From Octopus sinensis (taxonomy: Eukaryota): DNA of 64,000 nucleotides. The stretch lies in the NCBI RefSeq assembly GCF_006345805.1, contig NC_042999.1, positions 145,886,001 to 145,950,000 of the forward strand, read 5' to 3'. Below, piece by piece: positions 10,991 through 23,418 of this stretch. The notes beneath the pieces were generated by a model that had not been told where the DNA came from, ran no database searches, and saw only the letters and a program-made list of their open reading frames with translations. The translations under genes were made by a program, and so were the position numbers. Position 1 is the stretch's first letter. The number at the start of each line of letters is the position of its first letter.

Positions 10991-11879
10991 CTACTTTTAT
11001 ACGAGTTTTATTTCAGTTTTGTTTTATTTAATTCCTAAAAAAAAAACAAATAGAAAGAAACAGTGAGAGTAATAGAGATCGAATCCAATGGATGTATACG
11101 GCTATCCTTCATTGCTTCACTCTACTCTGACGAGCAAGCACATGGTATTACTTGGAAATATATTTCCGATTGTCTAGTGTCCTGCCCTGGAATACTGAAG
11201 GTGATTTGACTGTAATCAGCTTGAGGAAACTGCTGTTGAGCAATTATAGTGATGGTCTTTGCGATCTGTGAAAAGGTTAAATTTCTTCTTTAACATGATA
11301 ACTTGAAGATGATTGCTATGATATAATCATTAGACAATGAGCGCGCATTTTCTTCGGAGAATCAGAGACTTACGAGAAGAAAAGCATAAGGTAACATACT
11401 ATTAGGGAATGTTTGACTCACGTATATCCATGTGATGGTATTAAGCAGCGTGACGGCTTAATACCATCACATATCATTGCGCTAACTTTTATTAACCCAT
11501 TAATATATATATATAATTTGGGAAAACAAATTTCCAACTCAATCAGGTGCAACCCTTCAGCGTTATATGCATCTACATATCGTACTTTGGGATCATATTT
11601 ATCGTATATTTATATATTTATCTATAAATATACAAAGTATCAGATAAAATTCAATATTAAATCAATTTTGGGGGATTAATCGATATGCTGGTATTCTATT
11701 TCAGATAATACAAAAATAACCTAATGAGTATATCTGACACTAAACTCATGATATCAGTTTTCACATCACGAAATAATACTTAAAGGATATAGCCAAAATT
11801 TCCAGCAGGGTATATAATATACTTCGTTAATTATATCCTACTTTAGTTAATACTTATATTTATTAAATATTTATTGAAA

Positions 11880-12120
11880 ATAAGTATAAATATCGATTAA
11901 TCCCCCAAAATTATGTGACCGCGTGTGTATCGTTGGTGATTTTTTTCCCTCCGTCTTCCTTTCCTTGGATCTTTCCTTTTTCCTATGTTTCTGACGAAGA
12001 GCTCCGCTCAAAACGTTAAATCCTCCTTCTTTCTTTCCTTTCCTGAGCGTCCAATAACACTATACTTGTTCCACGTCCTCGCGTTGTTGTGTTTTCTCTT
12101 TGTGTTTTCATGTTTGGATG
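11880..12120 (+). mobile_element. Probable Penelope-like terminal repeat (second family) with hammerhead motif at 11987-12021
   Basis: TTT-CTGACGA-A-GAGC(TCC)GCTC-AAAA-CGTT-AAA. A 23-bp inverted repeat at 11665-11687 / 11890-11912 suggests an inverted-terminus arrangement. Confidence 0.55.
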
Positions 12121-12156
12121 ATATATATATATATATTATATATATATATATATATA

Positions 12157-12388
12157 TTGGGTTGGCCAGAAGTTACCTGAAAGTAAATAAAAAACATTTA
12201 ATTCCAAGATTTATTTATGTTTAACACTGAGTGAATTTAATAAAAGCATCTAAATATGAAATATTATGAAAATGGTTAAAACGGAAGTCGTTCTTGGGCG
12301 ACACATTTTGCCATTCGAATCAATACTGAATTGCAGAGAGTATCTATGAAATTTTGATTTACCGTCGGGTGACATTTGGCCGACCCTG
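12157..12388. mobile_element. Short Tc1/mariner-derived non-autonomous element
   Basis: Imperfect TIRs TTGGGTTGGCCAGAAGTTACC and GGTGACATTTGGCCGACCCTG, each bounded by TA. Confidence 0.6.
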
Positions 12389-12545
12389 TATAATATACAT
12401 CTGTTTGGAGAAACTAAATTTGTATGTGAGCGTGCGTGTTTGTTTGTGCGTAAACATGTTTCGTAGAAGGAATATGTTATTGCTATTTTGTCAGTGATTT
12501 TTCACTCGTATAACTCGTATAATATTTCCATATTTTTTATTCTAG

Positions 12546-12680
12546 GGCCTATGGTATCACATTGTGGGAGATATTTTCAATGGCCAGCGATCCATATCCT
12601 GGAAAAGTAAACCAAGAAGTCATGCAATTTGTCTTAGATGGGGGAAGATTGCCTGCACCCGAGAATTGTCCTTTGTCTAT
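12546..12680 (+). CDS. ALK: ALK/LTK-like receptor tyrosine kinase, internal exon (subdomains IX-X)
   Basis: Acceptor TTTTTATTCTAG, donor GTAAGC. 135 nt, phase 2-2: (W)AYGITLWEIFSMASDPYPGKVNQEVMQFVLDGGRLPAPENCPLS(I). Resembles ALK [46 protein letters not shown]. This frame is not in the ORF track. Confidence 0.9.
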
Positions 12681-12904
12681 GTAAGCAATGATTGCCTCTT
12701 ATATATGTTATTAGGTTGTGACAGACATTTAACGTTTAAACATGTACGTACACATGGACAAATAACACACCAGACATATACGTATGTGTGTACACACTCA
12801 CACACACACACACACATATATATATATGTATGTGTATATAGATACATACACGCACATACGCACGCACATACGCACGCACATACGCACACACACACACACA
12901 CACA

Positions 12905-12959
<55 letters not shown>

Positions 12960-13261
12960 GTGGATGCAGACACGGAATTTTTACACGTTCACAAAATTCA
13001 ACCTCTTTCAGTCATTATCAGTTAAGACTTGTCGCTTCAACAAGTAGCAAGATGATTTCTAATAATTCAAACTACTGTAACGACAGTTTCAGTTTCTAGA
13101 AATTATATCAAACGAGCATATATATTTGATAAATATATTGTCCGTGCATCGTTAACAGTCAAGCAATCACTTCTACCATAATTAGTCTTGCATTTTTCTT
13201 TACATGGCGTGTCTATGATAAAACCCATATTTATCTTTTAATCTACTGAATTCTCTTACAG

Positions 13262-13352
13262 ATCTTACATAATGACCTGCACTTGGGACTCTAATCCAGA
13301 TGCACGACCGTCGTTCGCAACCATCGTTCATAAACTCCAATACTGCTATGAG
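13262..13352 (+). CDS. ALK: ALK/LTK-like kinase, internal exon (subdomain XI)
   Basis: Acceptor TTCTCTTACAG, donor GTAATC. 91 nt, phase 2-0: (I)SYIMTCTWDSNPDARPSFATIVHKLQYCYE. Resembles ALK [30 protein letters not shown]. Confidence 0.9.
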
Positions 13353-13820
13353 GTAATCAAGAAAAATTATTGATTAATAAACTTCCTATAGTGATATAAT
13401 TTTGTCTGTATAGTATTAAATATTTTTCAAGTTTTAGCCCAACCAAATCGATCTGAGAGCCACCTATTATATATTTTTTAATTAATTTAGTTTTTAGAAA
13501 TTTTTATATTTGTTTTGATACTATCGTCGAAGATTTGATAGAAAGTTTAGTTTCGTGAACTAAATTCTTTAACTTTTATCTATCTACATTCGGAGTTCAA
13601 AAGATACAAATGGTAAATGATGTGATGTTTGAAAAATCCTCTGAGAATAGAAAAGAATATATTGCATTCCCTCACACAGGTTGTTTTAATGAAGCTATAA
13701 TATTTCGGGAAAGATTCCCTCGTTCAGATAGGAGAATGAAAATAAGAGTTTAAAGAAATGTGCTGTTACCGACAGGCCATTCTAGTGTTAAAAATGTACG
13801 CACACACGCACGCACACACA

Positions 13821-13859
<39 letters not shown>

Positions 13860-14193
13860 TATATATATGTATGCAACAGAGAGAGTGTGCGTGTGTATGT
13901 GTGTATATGTGTGTGTTTTCGTGTATGTGTGTGTGTATTACTATAGCATGGGAGATATCGATGAAGATGATCACTGTTGCTTGGTAATCTGTAATTCCAA
14001 TAGTACTCGAAAGTATTCGATGTTGAAACGAACTTTTAAGCGTGGCGTGAAAAATATAAAAACAGACGAATGGGTTACTTCGTATTGCTACAGTTTGATG
14101 TAGCTAGTTAATACAGTTAGTTAAATTGTGTAATATGTTACGCAATCCACATCAGGCAATCTGATAAAATCTGATTCATGGTGCGGGATTGTG

Positions 14194-14225
<32 letters not shown>

Positions 14226-14701
14226 GCGAGAAAGAAGCAACAAGAATGGATAGGTTTTTAGTACAATCGTTTCATACAAGGACAGGCTTTATTAAAAGTT
14301 GCAAAAATTACAGCATATAAACGTGTCCCGTACTCATCAGCTAAAATACATGTGAGTTCTCTAGACATCCTAGTGGTTGAGGCTATACTCATGAAGTGAT
14401 GTAGATAATTAAGTAACATAAACAGATTTCCAAAGTTCAATTAAAGTTCTTTAAAGATGATGTACATCATCTTTAAAGAACTTTAATTGAACTTTGGAAA
14501 TCTGTTTATGTTACTTAATTATCTACATCACTTCATGAGTATAGCCTCAACCACTAGGATGTCTAGAGAACTCACATGTATTTTAGCTGATGAGTACGGG
14601 ACACGTTTATATGCTGTAATTTTTGCAACTTTTAATAAAGCCTGTCCTTGTATGAAACGATTGTACTAAAAACCTATCCATTCTTGTTGCTTCTTTCTCG
14701 C
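14226..14701. repeat. Perfect spacerless palindrome, 476 bp, intronic
   Basis: Centre ATGATGT|ACATCAT at 14463/14464. The mirror ORFs 14258-14440(-) and 14487-14669(+) are identical. Confidence 0.95.
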
Positions 14702-14820
14702 TTATAATCACCCCACATTACTGTATTGTTAAAACAGTATAGTTTTTTTTGGTGCATCTAAGTTAGGTACCATATTCAAGTAAATTCATTTAAATTAACT
14801 TGAATCTTTATTGCTTTTTG

Positions 14821-14852
<32 letters not shown>

Positions 14853-15077
14853 TATATACATATAAAAATAATAGAAGGGTAAAATTTATTAATTAATTAA
14901 TCAATTAACTAATAATTTTACCAACCAAGTAGATCGGTACGTTAAAATGACCTTTATAGGTAAAATTGTCCACATAATTATAATAGGGTTCAGCTAATTG
15001 CTTTACCACATACAGAATTTAGAAATAGGAGTTTAAAATTCCTTTTCTGCTACAATAAGAATATCCATGACGGTAAC

Positions 15078-15508
15078 TCTTACTCTTTACTCTTTTACTC
15101 TTTTACTCTTTTACTTGTTTCAGTCATTTGACTGCGGCCATGCTGGAGCACCACCTTTAGTCGAGCAACTCGACCCCGGGACTTATTCTTTGTAAGCCCA
15201 GTACGTATTCTATCGGTCTCTTTTGCCGAACCGCTAAGTGACGGGGACCTAAATACACCAACATCGGTTGTCAAGCAATGCTAGGGGGACAAACACAGAC
15301 ACAAACATACACACACACACATATATATATATATATACATATATACGACGTGCTTCTTTCAGTTTCCGTCTGCTAAATCCACTCACAAGGCTTTGGTCGG
15401 CCCGAGGCTATAGTAGAAGACACTTGCCCAAGATGCCACGCAGTGGGACTGAACTCGGAACCATGTGGTTGGTAAGCAAGCTACTTACCACACAGCCACC
15501 CCTGCGCA
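15078..15508 (-). mobile_element. tRNA-derived SINE (family A) with internal (CA)/(TA) tract and (AAAGAGTA)-type tail
   Basis: Minus-strand head GTGGCTGTGTGGTAAGTAGCTTG..GGTTCCGAGTTCAGTCCC..CTTGGGCAAGTGTC. Copies at 33630-33990 and 52005-52413. Confidence 0.85.
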
Positions 15509-17204
15509 TATTTTTTTACGAAGGCAAAGAGAAAAACAATGAATCAACAAATATTGTTTTTCTCTTTGCCTTCGTAAAAAAGTATGTTACCGTCATGGAG
15601 ATTCTTATAGTAGCAGCAAAGGAATTTTAACTCCTATTTCTAAATTCGGTATGTGGTGAAGCAATTAGCTGAACCCCAATTATAATTATATAAATATATA
15701 TCTCAATGACAATTCCAAATTCAACTTCTCCATTCCACCGTTGGCTATTCAGAAACATTCAGAAGTATTAGCAGAGATAAGGATCCCTAGCAATCGAATT
15801 GCTAGGGATCCTTAAAGGATTTAGTCATATCAAAGTGAAGCAAACCACTGATTGGTTAGACAGAATTACGCAAACCGCACAGTCAAATAATCCATTATCA
15901 TAGCATGGAAGGCATCGATGAAAGGCGATCGCTGTTGCTACGTTGTCTGAAATTGTAATACTATCCGAAAGTATCCAACGTAGCTTCTCTTTCCCTTTCA
16001 CTCTAAAAGTATTAATAACGTACTTCCATATTTTCCAGCAAAAAAGTCGAACTTTTCAGACCAGAATTTACAAGCCAAAACCTAGGTCGATTTATACACC
16101 AAGAAATGATATATAAAGCGTGATTTAGGAAAATAATGACGTTGTTTAGATCTTGACACATGTTTACACTATATACTACATCGATTTTTATGACGGGAAA
16201 AACGTTAATTATTACTGTTTTTTAGCACAAGGTTGGTGCTAATCGATTTGACATGTTTGTGACTTTAGATTGCAATTTGTGAGATCGTTACTGATTAATA
16301 TTTCCAGTAGATCGAGAGTATAGAAAATACATTGTTGGATTGATAAAATGCTTATAATACGCTGCAGGTAATACCTCATTTACAACAATTGGGCATTAAG
16401 GAGAAATCAATACATAAAATCCACAGTTCCTTTCTTTTCTTTTTGTTTCTTTTAAAACATCCAACGTCATTATAAAACGTTTTCAACGTCAGACTCTTAA
16501 TTATAAAGTATTCTTAACGCACAAACAACTCGTTCGGCGTATTTATGAATTAATTTAAAGTTTCCTTTCAAATTTTTTAATTTGTAACGAAAATCTCTAG
16601 AAGAGATAAAATGCAAACTCATATGTGATTTTCTTGAACGATTTTTAATCAATATTTAAATATCTTCTTCAAACGAAATTCAATCGGTCCCCGAGATTCT
16701 AGACTTCTGCTCATGTTAACAGAATTAGAGACCTGAAAAGCAAAATCGATCCACGCTACGAGATATCAAATGAGATATCATAAACCATTATTGGGGTGGT
16801 GGTGGTGCAATTTTATGCCAACCATGTTAACTGCAACTGGATAATTTTCAATATTTCTTTTTTCTTTTTTTTTTTCCTAATTTATCAAAGGCAAAACAGA
16901 AACATGTAACATTTTTAACAATGCAGTTTTGAAATTATTAAAGAAATAAAATGTAATAGTTAGTTGTTTTTTTTTATTGATTTATTGAAACTATTAAGGC
17001 ATTTAACTCGTGATTTCATTATGATATATTCTAATTAGAGAAAACTGTTTTACTTTACGAGGCAAAACTAAATTTAAATTAGGAGCTTCAAGCAGTTAAC
17101 ACATGTTATTCTCAGGATCTAAAGGATTACGTAGAGTAAGTTCGCAGTAGCACATTGATACAAATAATTATTGCTGATATAATATTAGTTTCCTGTTCAG
17201 GCAC

Positions 17205-17395
17205 AAGACCAGCAATTTTTAGAGGAGAGGTTAAGTCGATACTATCAACCCCAGTTGACTGGTACTTTATTTTATTGACCCCAAAGAGAAGGAAGGCAAA
17301 GTTGATCTCGGTGAGATTTGAACACAAGAATTAAAGAATCGGACAAATGCTGCTAGACATTTTTTCGACGCTGAACCGATTCTATCAATGCGAGT
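17205..17395 (-). mobile_element. SINE family B, diverged monomer
   Basis: ACTGGTACTTTATTTTATTGACCCC..AAGGCAAAGTTGATCTCGGTGAGATTTGAAC matches the family B copies at 35545 and 61515. Confidence 0.7.
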
Positions 17396-17404
17396 GGATT
17401 ATTA

Positions 17405-18350
17405 TCGAAAGGGCACCACTATATTCACCCGGCACCCCCTAACTACCAGATATTCCTCCGCGAAAAACTCCTTATCGTCTACCAATCCACAGCATCCATC
17501 AACAAGAAATATGAGATACTGTATGGCTGCCACCAGAAGTACAACCTTCTGGTAAATTTCAAGCCACTGGCTGGCGACAACCGGGTATACCATCTTAGTA
17601 CCAGCCACCCCTAGCATTGCTTGCATCAAGGTCACCGTGACAAACTTCATGCCTGGGCACACGAATACTCTCACCCTTTGTACATCACTCCTTGCACATG
17701 ACCATTCGACTGCACGTGCGCGCGCATGTGCATGAGAGCTCATATGCACCTGCTCACCGTATGCATGCACACGGATGTGTGTGCGCGGGCGTACATGTAC
17801 GCCCGTGCGCACTCATATACATGTGCCCCCGTACGTGTGCATGTGTGCATATGTACATGGAGATACAGGTATGTATGCGTGTGTATATGTGTCTGTGTGT
17901 GTATGTGTGCGCGTGTGTGTGGCCGTGTGTGCCATCGTATGTGTGTTACTGTGCGTTTGAGTGCGTGTGTGCACGCACGCGCAGCTGTGTGAATGTACAC
18001 CTAAGCACACATACACACTCGTATAAGTACGGATGCATGCATGCAGGTATATGGGCATATACATGTTCATATTTACATATACACCCCCACATCCATCGCC
18101 CCTTCCTACTTCCCCCAACCATACGACTGATTTCTTGTCCACCATGCGGTCGATTTCCTGTTCACCATGCTGTATTCGTTGTCACTAAAAAAACAACATC
18201 AAACCGCTATACCACAAGACATTTCTCGACCAATCACAGGCCCACGTCCAGTAATAAGCATTGACTCTCTTCAATCCAACTCTCATTCAGACTCCAATGG
18301 CCGAATACTAGCCACACGCTGGAAACTTAAATGGTGTGCGGTTGGCTTTG
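17405..18350 (+). mobile_element. Degenerate Penelope-like 3' end (endonuclease C-terminus plus microsatellite-rich UTR)
   Basis: Frame NYQIFLREKLLIV..SINKKYEILYGCHQKYNLLVNF resembles the PLE C-terminal C.LCL.EK.I..LNKR.E....C.H..K.LL motif. Confidence 0.45.
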
Positions 18351-18834
18351 TAGATTACAGCCCTTGAGATGCAGCTGGTACAGCCCTCCTAGAGTGTAGC
18401 TTGTAGGATCTCAGCACCACAGGTTGAGGTTGGATGTTATGCGGGGGTATGTTTACTTCTGTTGTAGCGTGCAGTGTTAAAAGTGATATTGTCTAAACAG
18501 GAATAGCTCAGTTTATCGTTATGGGAATCGAAAATCTTATAGTTTTTATGGCCCTCGTGGAAATGCATCTTAATCAATTGACAGGAGCACCTAGTTATGT
18601 TGGAAGAAACCTCTACGTTAAATGGATGGTTGATCCTGATTACTGCGTGAATGGAAGTTGGAGGTCCTCCATATACGCTAACTTCTCGTAAAATCTGCTC
18701 CTCGTCAATGCATCATTGTAGTTGGGGGAGGCTCTGTTGAAGATTTCCATATCTCATAATCTTAGATATTCCACTGCTAACACCTAAAACTAAATTTCTA
18801 ATTAGATCGAAGATGGAAACTTGAGCTTCTATGT

Positions 18835-18840
18835 TGTATG

Positions 18841-18874
<34 letters not shown>

Positions 18875-18892
18875 TGTATGTATGTATGTATG

Positions 18893-18924
<32 letters not shown>

Positions 18925-18942
18925 TGTATGTAGCTATGTATG

Positions 18943-18973
<31 letters not shown>

Positions 18974-19850
18974 GTATGTATGTATATAGGTATGTATGTA
19001 TATATGTATGTTTGTACGCATGTATGTATCCATGTATGTATGTATGTATGTATCCATGTATGTATGTATGTATGTATGTATGAATGTATGTATGTAAGTA
19101 TGCATGTATGTATATATGTATCCATGTATGTATGTATGTATCCATGTATGTATGTATGTATGTATGTATGTATGTATGTATGTATGTATCCATGTATGTA
19201 TGTATGTATGTATGTATGTATGCATGTATGTATGTATGTATCCATGCATGTATGTATGTATGTATGTATGTATATAGGTATGTATGTAAGTATGTATGTA
19301 TGTATATATGTATGTATGTATGCATGTATGTATGTATCCATGTATGTATGTAAGCGTGTATGTATGTATATAGGTATGCATGTAAGTATGTATGTATATA
19401 TGTATGTATGTACACATGTATGTATGTATTCATGTATGTATGTATCCATGTATGTATGTATGTATGTACGTATGTAAGTATGTATGTATGTATATGTGTA
19501 TCCATGTATGTATGTATGTATGTATGTATGTATGTATCCATGTATGTATGCATGTATGTATGTATGTAAGTATGCATGTATGTATGTATGTGTGTAAGTA
19601 TGCATGTATGTATGTAAGTATGTATGTATGTATGTATGTATGTATGTATGTATGTATGTATGCATGTATCCATGTATGTATGTATGTATGTATATATGTA
19701 TGTTTGTATGTATGTATGTAAGAATGTATGTATGTATGTATGTATGTATGTATGCATGCATGCATGCATGTATGTATGTATGTATGTATGTATGTATGTA
19801 TGTATGTATGTATGTATGTATGCATGCATGCATGTATGTTTGTTTGTTTG
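18835..19850. repeat. ~1 kb compound (TATG)n microsatellite with TATCCATG/TAAG/TGCA variants
   Basis: Direct inspection. It is the source of the MYVC/HTYI ORFs. Confidence 0.97.
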
Positions 19851-19909
19851 TTTTTTATGTATATAATGTAATGTATAGTTTGTTAATTGTATTCATTCTT
19901 TCTATTCAG

Positions 19910-21061
19910 GACCCGAACACGGCAACTTATACTTTACCGACGTTCACATACAACCTTTCAAAAGAAACTTTTGTTGAGCTTCCCGATCTACAAGAGAACT
20001 CCCTTTCTAAAAGAGACACTAAGAAATGTTCTCATCCTTCTTTGTTTTCTGAATCACTTTCTGAAATATCCGAACAACATTCATCGAACAGACAGATTAA
20101 CAATGACAGTAACGAACTCAGTTCTTGCTCGGATGACAACTACAAGAATTCTACTAAAGAGGCCCACCAAGATATTAACGCAGAACAATGTAATCATAAA
20201 GGTAACCGCCATGTTCCTGGAATACGTTCTTATATCAATTATTTGTACATGAACCAAGAATTACCAGACCCTAAGAATGAGAATATCTCACAGTTTGACT
20301 CCAGAGAAAATACTACTGAAAACCAAGCAGATAAGAATTCTGATAACAACCTTCTTCACAGTCAGCATAATCATAATCATCATCCTACGACTACTTCTTT
20401 TCCATCTCCTACTCCTACCCCTCATACTGATAATCATCATTATCATCTCCAACCGCAACTACAAGACAGTCCACGTCAATCAAATCCACAAAGCCAGCAA
20501 CAAAGCCGCACTAGAAGCAGTAGTAACAACATTAACAATCACAATAACAACAGTCACTATCAACAACAACAACCAAATATGCTGGAGTTAATGCAACATG
20601 ATAGTCTTACTAAAACGTCCGATTTTCAAAATGAGGAAGATAAAACAAACTGTCGGAAACAACAACAAATACAACCGCAGCAACAGCAACAACAACAACA
20701 ACAACAACAACAGGAGTTACAGCTACAGCAGCAGCTGCAAAACTTAATTGGCCAAGAAGACGATTTGAATAATAAACAACAAAATAAAGAACCACCCCAA
20801 CAACAGCTTGAACAACTTGAAGAAACTGAAGAATATGACCGTTATAATGATGATTCTTTCTCTTTGTCACCTACAAAGGTACCATTACTTTCATCCACAG
20901 ACTCTGATGTAAGTAATTATGAAAACGATAGCTTTCCTAAGAATTCACGCTGCAAAAGTCTCCGAAAATCATCGCAAAATTCAAACTATATTCCGATGAG
21001 AAAGATACAGGATAGCCCAACCGAATCAAAGTACAGCAATTTTGATACAAACTCTATTTAA
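19910..21061 (+). CDS. ALK: ALK/LTK-like kinase, terminal coding exon (low-complexity Q/N/H-rich tail)
   Basis: Acceptor TTCATTCTTTCTATTCAG, phase 0. Starts DPNTATYTLP (ALK DPDVINTALP) and stays open for 383 codons to TAA at 21059-21061. Contains a polyQ tract. Confidence 0.85.
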   Translation, partial: DPNTATYTLPTFTYNLSKETFVELPDLQENSLSKRDTKKCSHPSLFSESLSEISEQHSSNRQINNDSNELSSCSDDNYKNSTKEAHQDINAEQCNHKGNRHVPGIRSYINYLYMNQELPDPKNENISQFDSRENTTENQADKNSDNNLLHSQHNHNHHPTTTSFPSPTPTPHTDNHHYHLQPQLQDSPRQSNPQSQQQSRTRSSSNNINNHNNNSHYQQQQPNMLELMQHDSLTKTSDFQNEEDKTNCRKQQQIQPQQQQQQQQQQQQELQLQQQLQNLIGQEDDLNNKQQNKEPPQQQLEQLEETEEYDRYNDDSFSLSPTKVPLLSSTDSDVSNYENDSFPKNSRCKSLRKSSQNSNYIPMRKIQDSPTESKYSNFDTNSI

Positions 21062-21969
21062 TTAATCAAGTCGTAGATAAAAGCGATTCTAGCAGTTCAA
21101 ACTGAAATAACTGCATTGATTAGAAATCGGTTTATCAACGAAATATATTACAACTGGGTGTCATTTCTAAAAACAAGGAAAAGAAAAAGAAAGAAAAAAA
21201 GCTGAAAAAATTAAAGACTTTTAAAGCGGCGGGGAATATAGTATTGTTGTTGTTATTGTTATTACTATGACCATGTTAGAAATTAATATTTTATGTATTG
21301 TTAAAAAATCATTATTATTGTTATTAATACATGATTACATCTTTTTGTTAAAAAAGCGAAACGTGTCCACTAATGAAAAGATAACAATCAATGAAAGAAA
21401 TCGAAAGTGAGATAAAAAGCCGGAAACACAAATCACATTTCTTCATTGAAAGCTCAAAGTAATAACCAATCTATTGTGTGTTCTCAACAAGCATATACCT
21501 CCTACGTCAGCATCTTCATTCCAGTATGCATCAAACTTTATGAAACCGTTTTGTATCCTAACCATTCGTGACTTGCCTCTATTTTGCTTCGGCTTTAATT
21601 AGTTCTAACACAATGATGAGTCTAGTGATCTTCAGCCACGTCAGTCATGTCACTTTAAAGAAACCTATCTGTAGTTTATTTTATGATCTATAATCAACAA
21701 ATTAAATTGTATTATTATCATTGCTATTATTGTTGTTATTACTATTCTGTAATGTTTTGGTTTTGCTTTAATTCAAACGAGTTGTACCAAAGTCTCAACC
21801 AGAGACGTCAAAGGACAATACGGTTTTGCATCTGAAACTGCTAACAAGTGAGGTGCTATGCAACTAAAAAGGCTGATGCGTGTGGAAGAGAAAAAAAATC
21901 AGAGTGAGTAAGGTTTCATTGACATGGGGAGGAATTTACTTAGAATATGTGAAGTAGCTATAACTATGA

Positions 21970-22230
21970 TATTTTGCAATTTGTTTCTTTTGGGGCTGCC
22001 AGGAATTTGGTCAAGATACTTGTTTGCTCATCTTGATATCACCCCAAGTGTCCCATTAATAATAGGGAACCTTGTTTTGAGACCGGAGCATAACAGCTAC
22101 AGATGAATAAGAGCTTGACCTACACTAATTTTGGGCGATGCATACAGTGCACCGTCACCAGCTTTGGTATTGTGATACACTTCACAGAAGGACCAGTTTT
22201 TAATATTGAAGCTGTATTATTATCATTTTC
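21970..22230 (-). mobile_element. R4/Dong-like retrotransposon 3' remnant, highly degenerate
   Basis: Minus-strand KT..VP.IIGTLG...NKYLDQIPG.P pieces across frameshifts. Confidence 0.5.
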
Positions 22231-22289
22231 TCTTTATCACAGACTTTTCTGGAGCTCCTGGGGCGTTACATGCGTAGCGGGTTTATAAC

Positions 22290-22562
22290 CTGCAGTCTAC
22301 AGTACCGTGATATTCGTTCTTTCCAGTTATCTAATACCTCCCTGATTATTTTGGCCGTGCAAAAGGGGCAAAACTTTTGTAGCAGTTTTACTGGACACTC
22401 TATTCCAATTTTCTTTATATTCCTCTTGATACCTTCTAATACTGTTCCCAAGCACCCAACAATAATTGGCACTATCTTCACCTTCTTCAATTTCCATTGC
22501 CGGACTGTTTCATACATAAGAGATTTATCTATCTTTTCGCCTTGCTACTTGCCTATTCGTGT
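22290..22562 (-). mobile_element. R4/Dong-like retrotransposon 3' end
   Basis: WKLKKVKIVPIIVGCLGTV..LLQK..TAKIIREVL, bounded by (TAA)n. Confidence 0.75.
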
Positions 22563-22563
22563 A

Positions 22564-22610
<47 letters not shown>

Positions 22611-22613
<3 letters not shown>

Positions 22614-23418
22614 TAGTTTTATTTTTATAGCGTGCTTTCACTTCACTACCGAAAGCAGCTCTGTGTGCCTGGGTATGTGCTGTGATTTGTTGTGATGCTT
22701 TGATGGTTATTGTATGGAAAGTGTTCTGCGTAGGATGTGTGCAGTGCCTAGTAGTGCAATTTTCTGTATGTTATATGTGTTTGTAAGTCCTGGTGTTTTT
22801 GTTATGTATTTGTCTGAATATTTTTTTTATCATGCCTAATGCACCTACTATGATAGGAATTGTTTCTGTTTTTAGATTCCACTTTCTGGTTACCTCTATT
22901 TCCAGGTCTTTGTATTTTGAAAGTTTCTCCATTTCTTTTAGAGACACGTTGTTATCTGCCGGTATTGATACATCAATTAGAAAGCATTTTTTTTCTTCAT
23001 GATCTCTAACAACTATATCTGGTATGTTGGCCTTAATTTCTCTATCTGTGTGTATCGGCATATCCCAGAGTATGGTTGCTTTCTCGTTTTCTGTGACCTT
23101 TTCTGGTGTGTGCCTATACCATCTTTTTTCTGTTGTTATTCCATAATGTTGGCATAGGTTCCAGTGTATGTAGGTCCCAACTCTGTCATGTCTGTGAATA
23201 TATTCCTTCTTAGCCAGGACTGGGCAGCCAGAGATAAAATGATTTATTGTTTCTTGTCCATCTCCACATATTCTGCAGTTACTTGTTATATTTCTTTTCA
23301 TTACATGTTTTTGGTAATTTCTGGTGGGGAGGCATTGGTCTTGTGCTGCAATTAAAAATCCCTCTGTCTCTGCTTTGAGTCCTGAGCTTCTCAACCATTG
23401 CTGGGATTTTTCTTTGTC

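Noticed and set aside
11120-11175. CTGACGA...GAAA hammerhead-like string
   Set aside because: Stem II closes C-G rather than G-C and there is no convincing stem I.
12564-13025. 153-aa ORF MGDIFNGQ...
   Set aside because: Wrong frame. The real kinase exon is in another frame with clear splice sites.
18713-19909. Long ORFs of 234-343 aa (HTYI/MYVC repeats) and similar ORFs at 5405-5672, 7682-7909, 8836-9306, 12677-12973 and 54026-54526
   Set aside because: They are translations of TATG/CA/TA/TCTA microsatellites that lack stop codons by construction.
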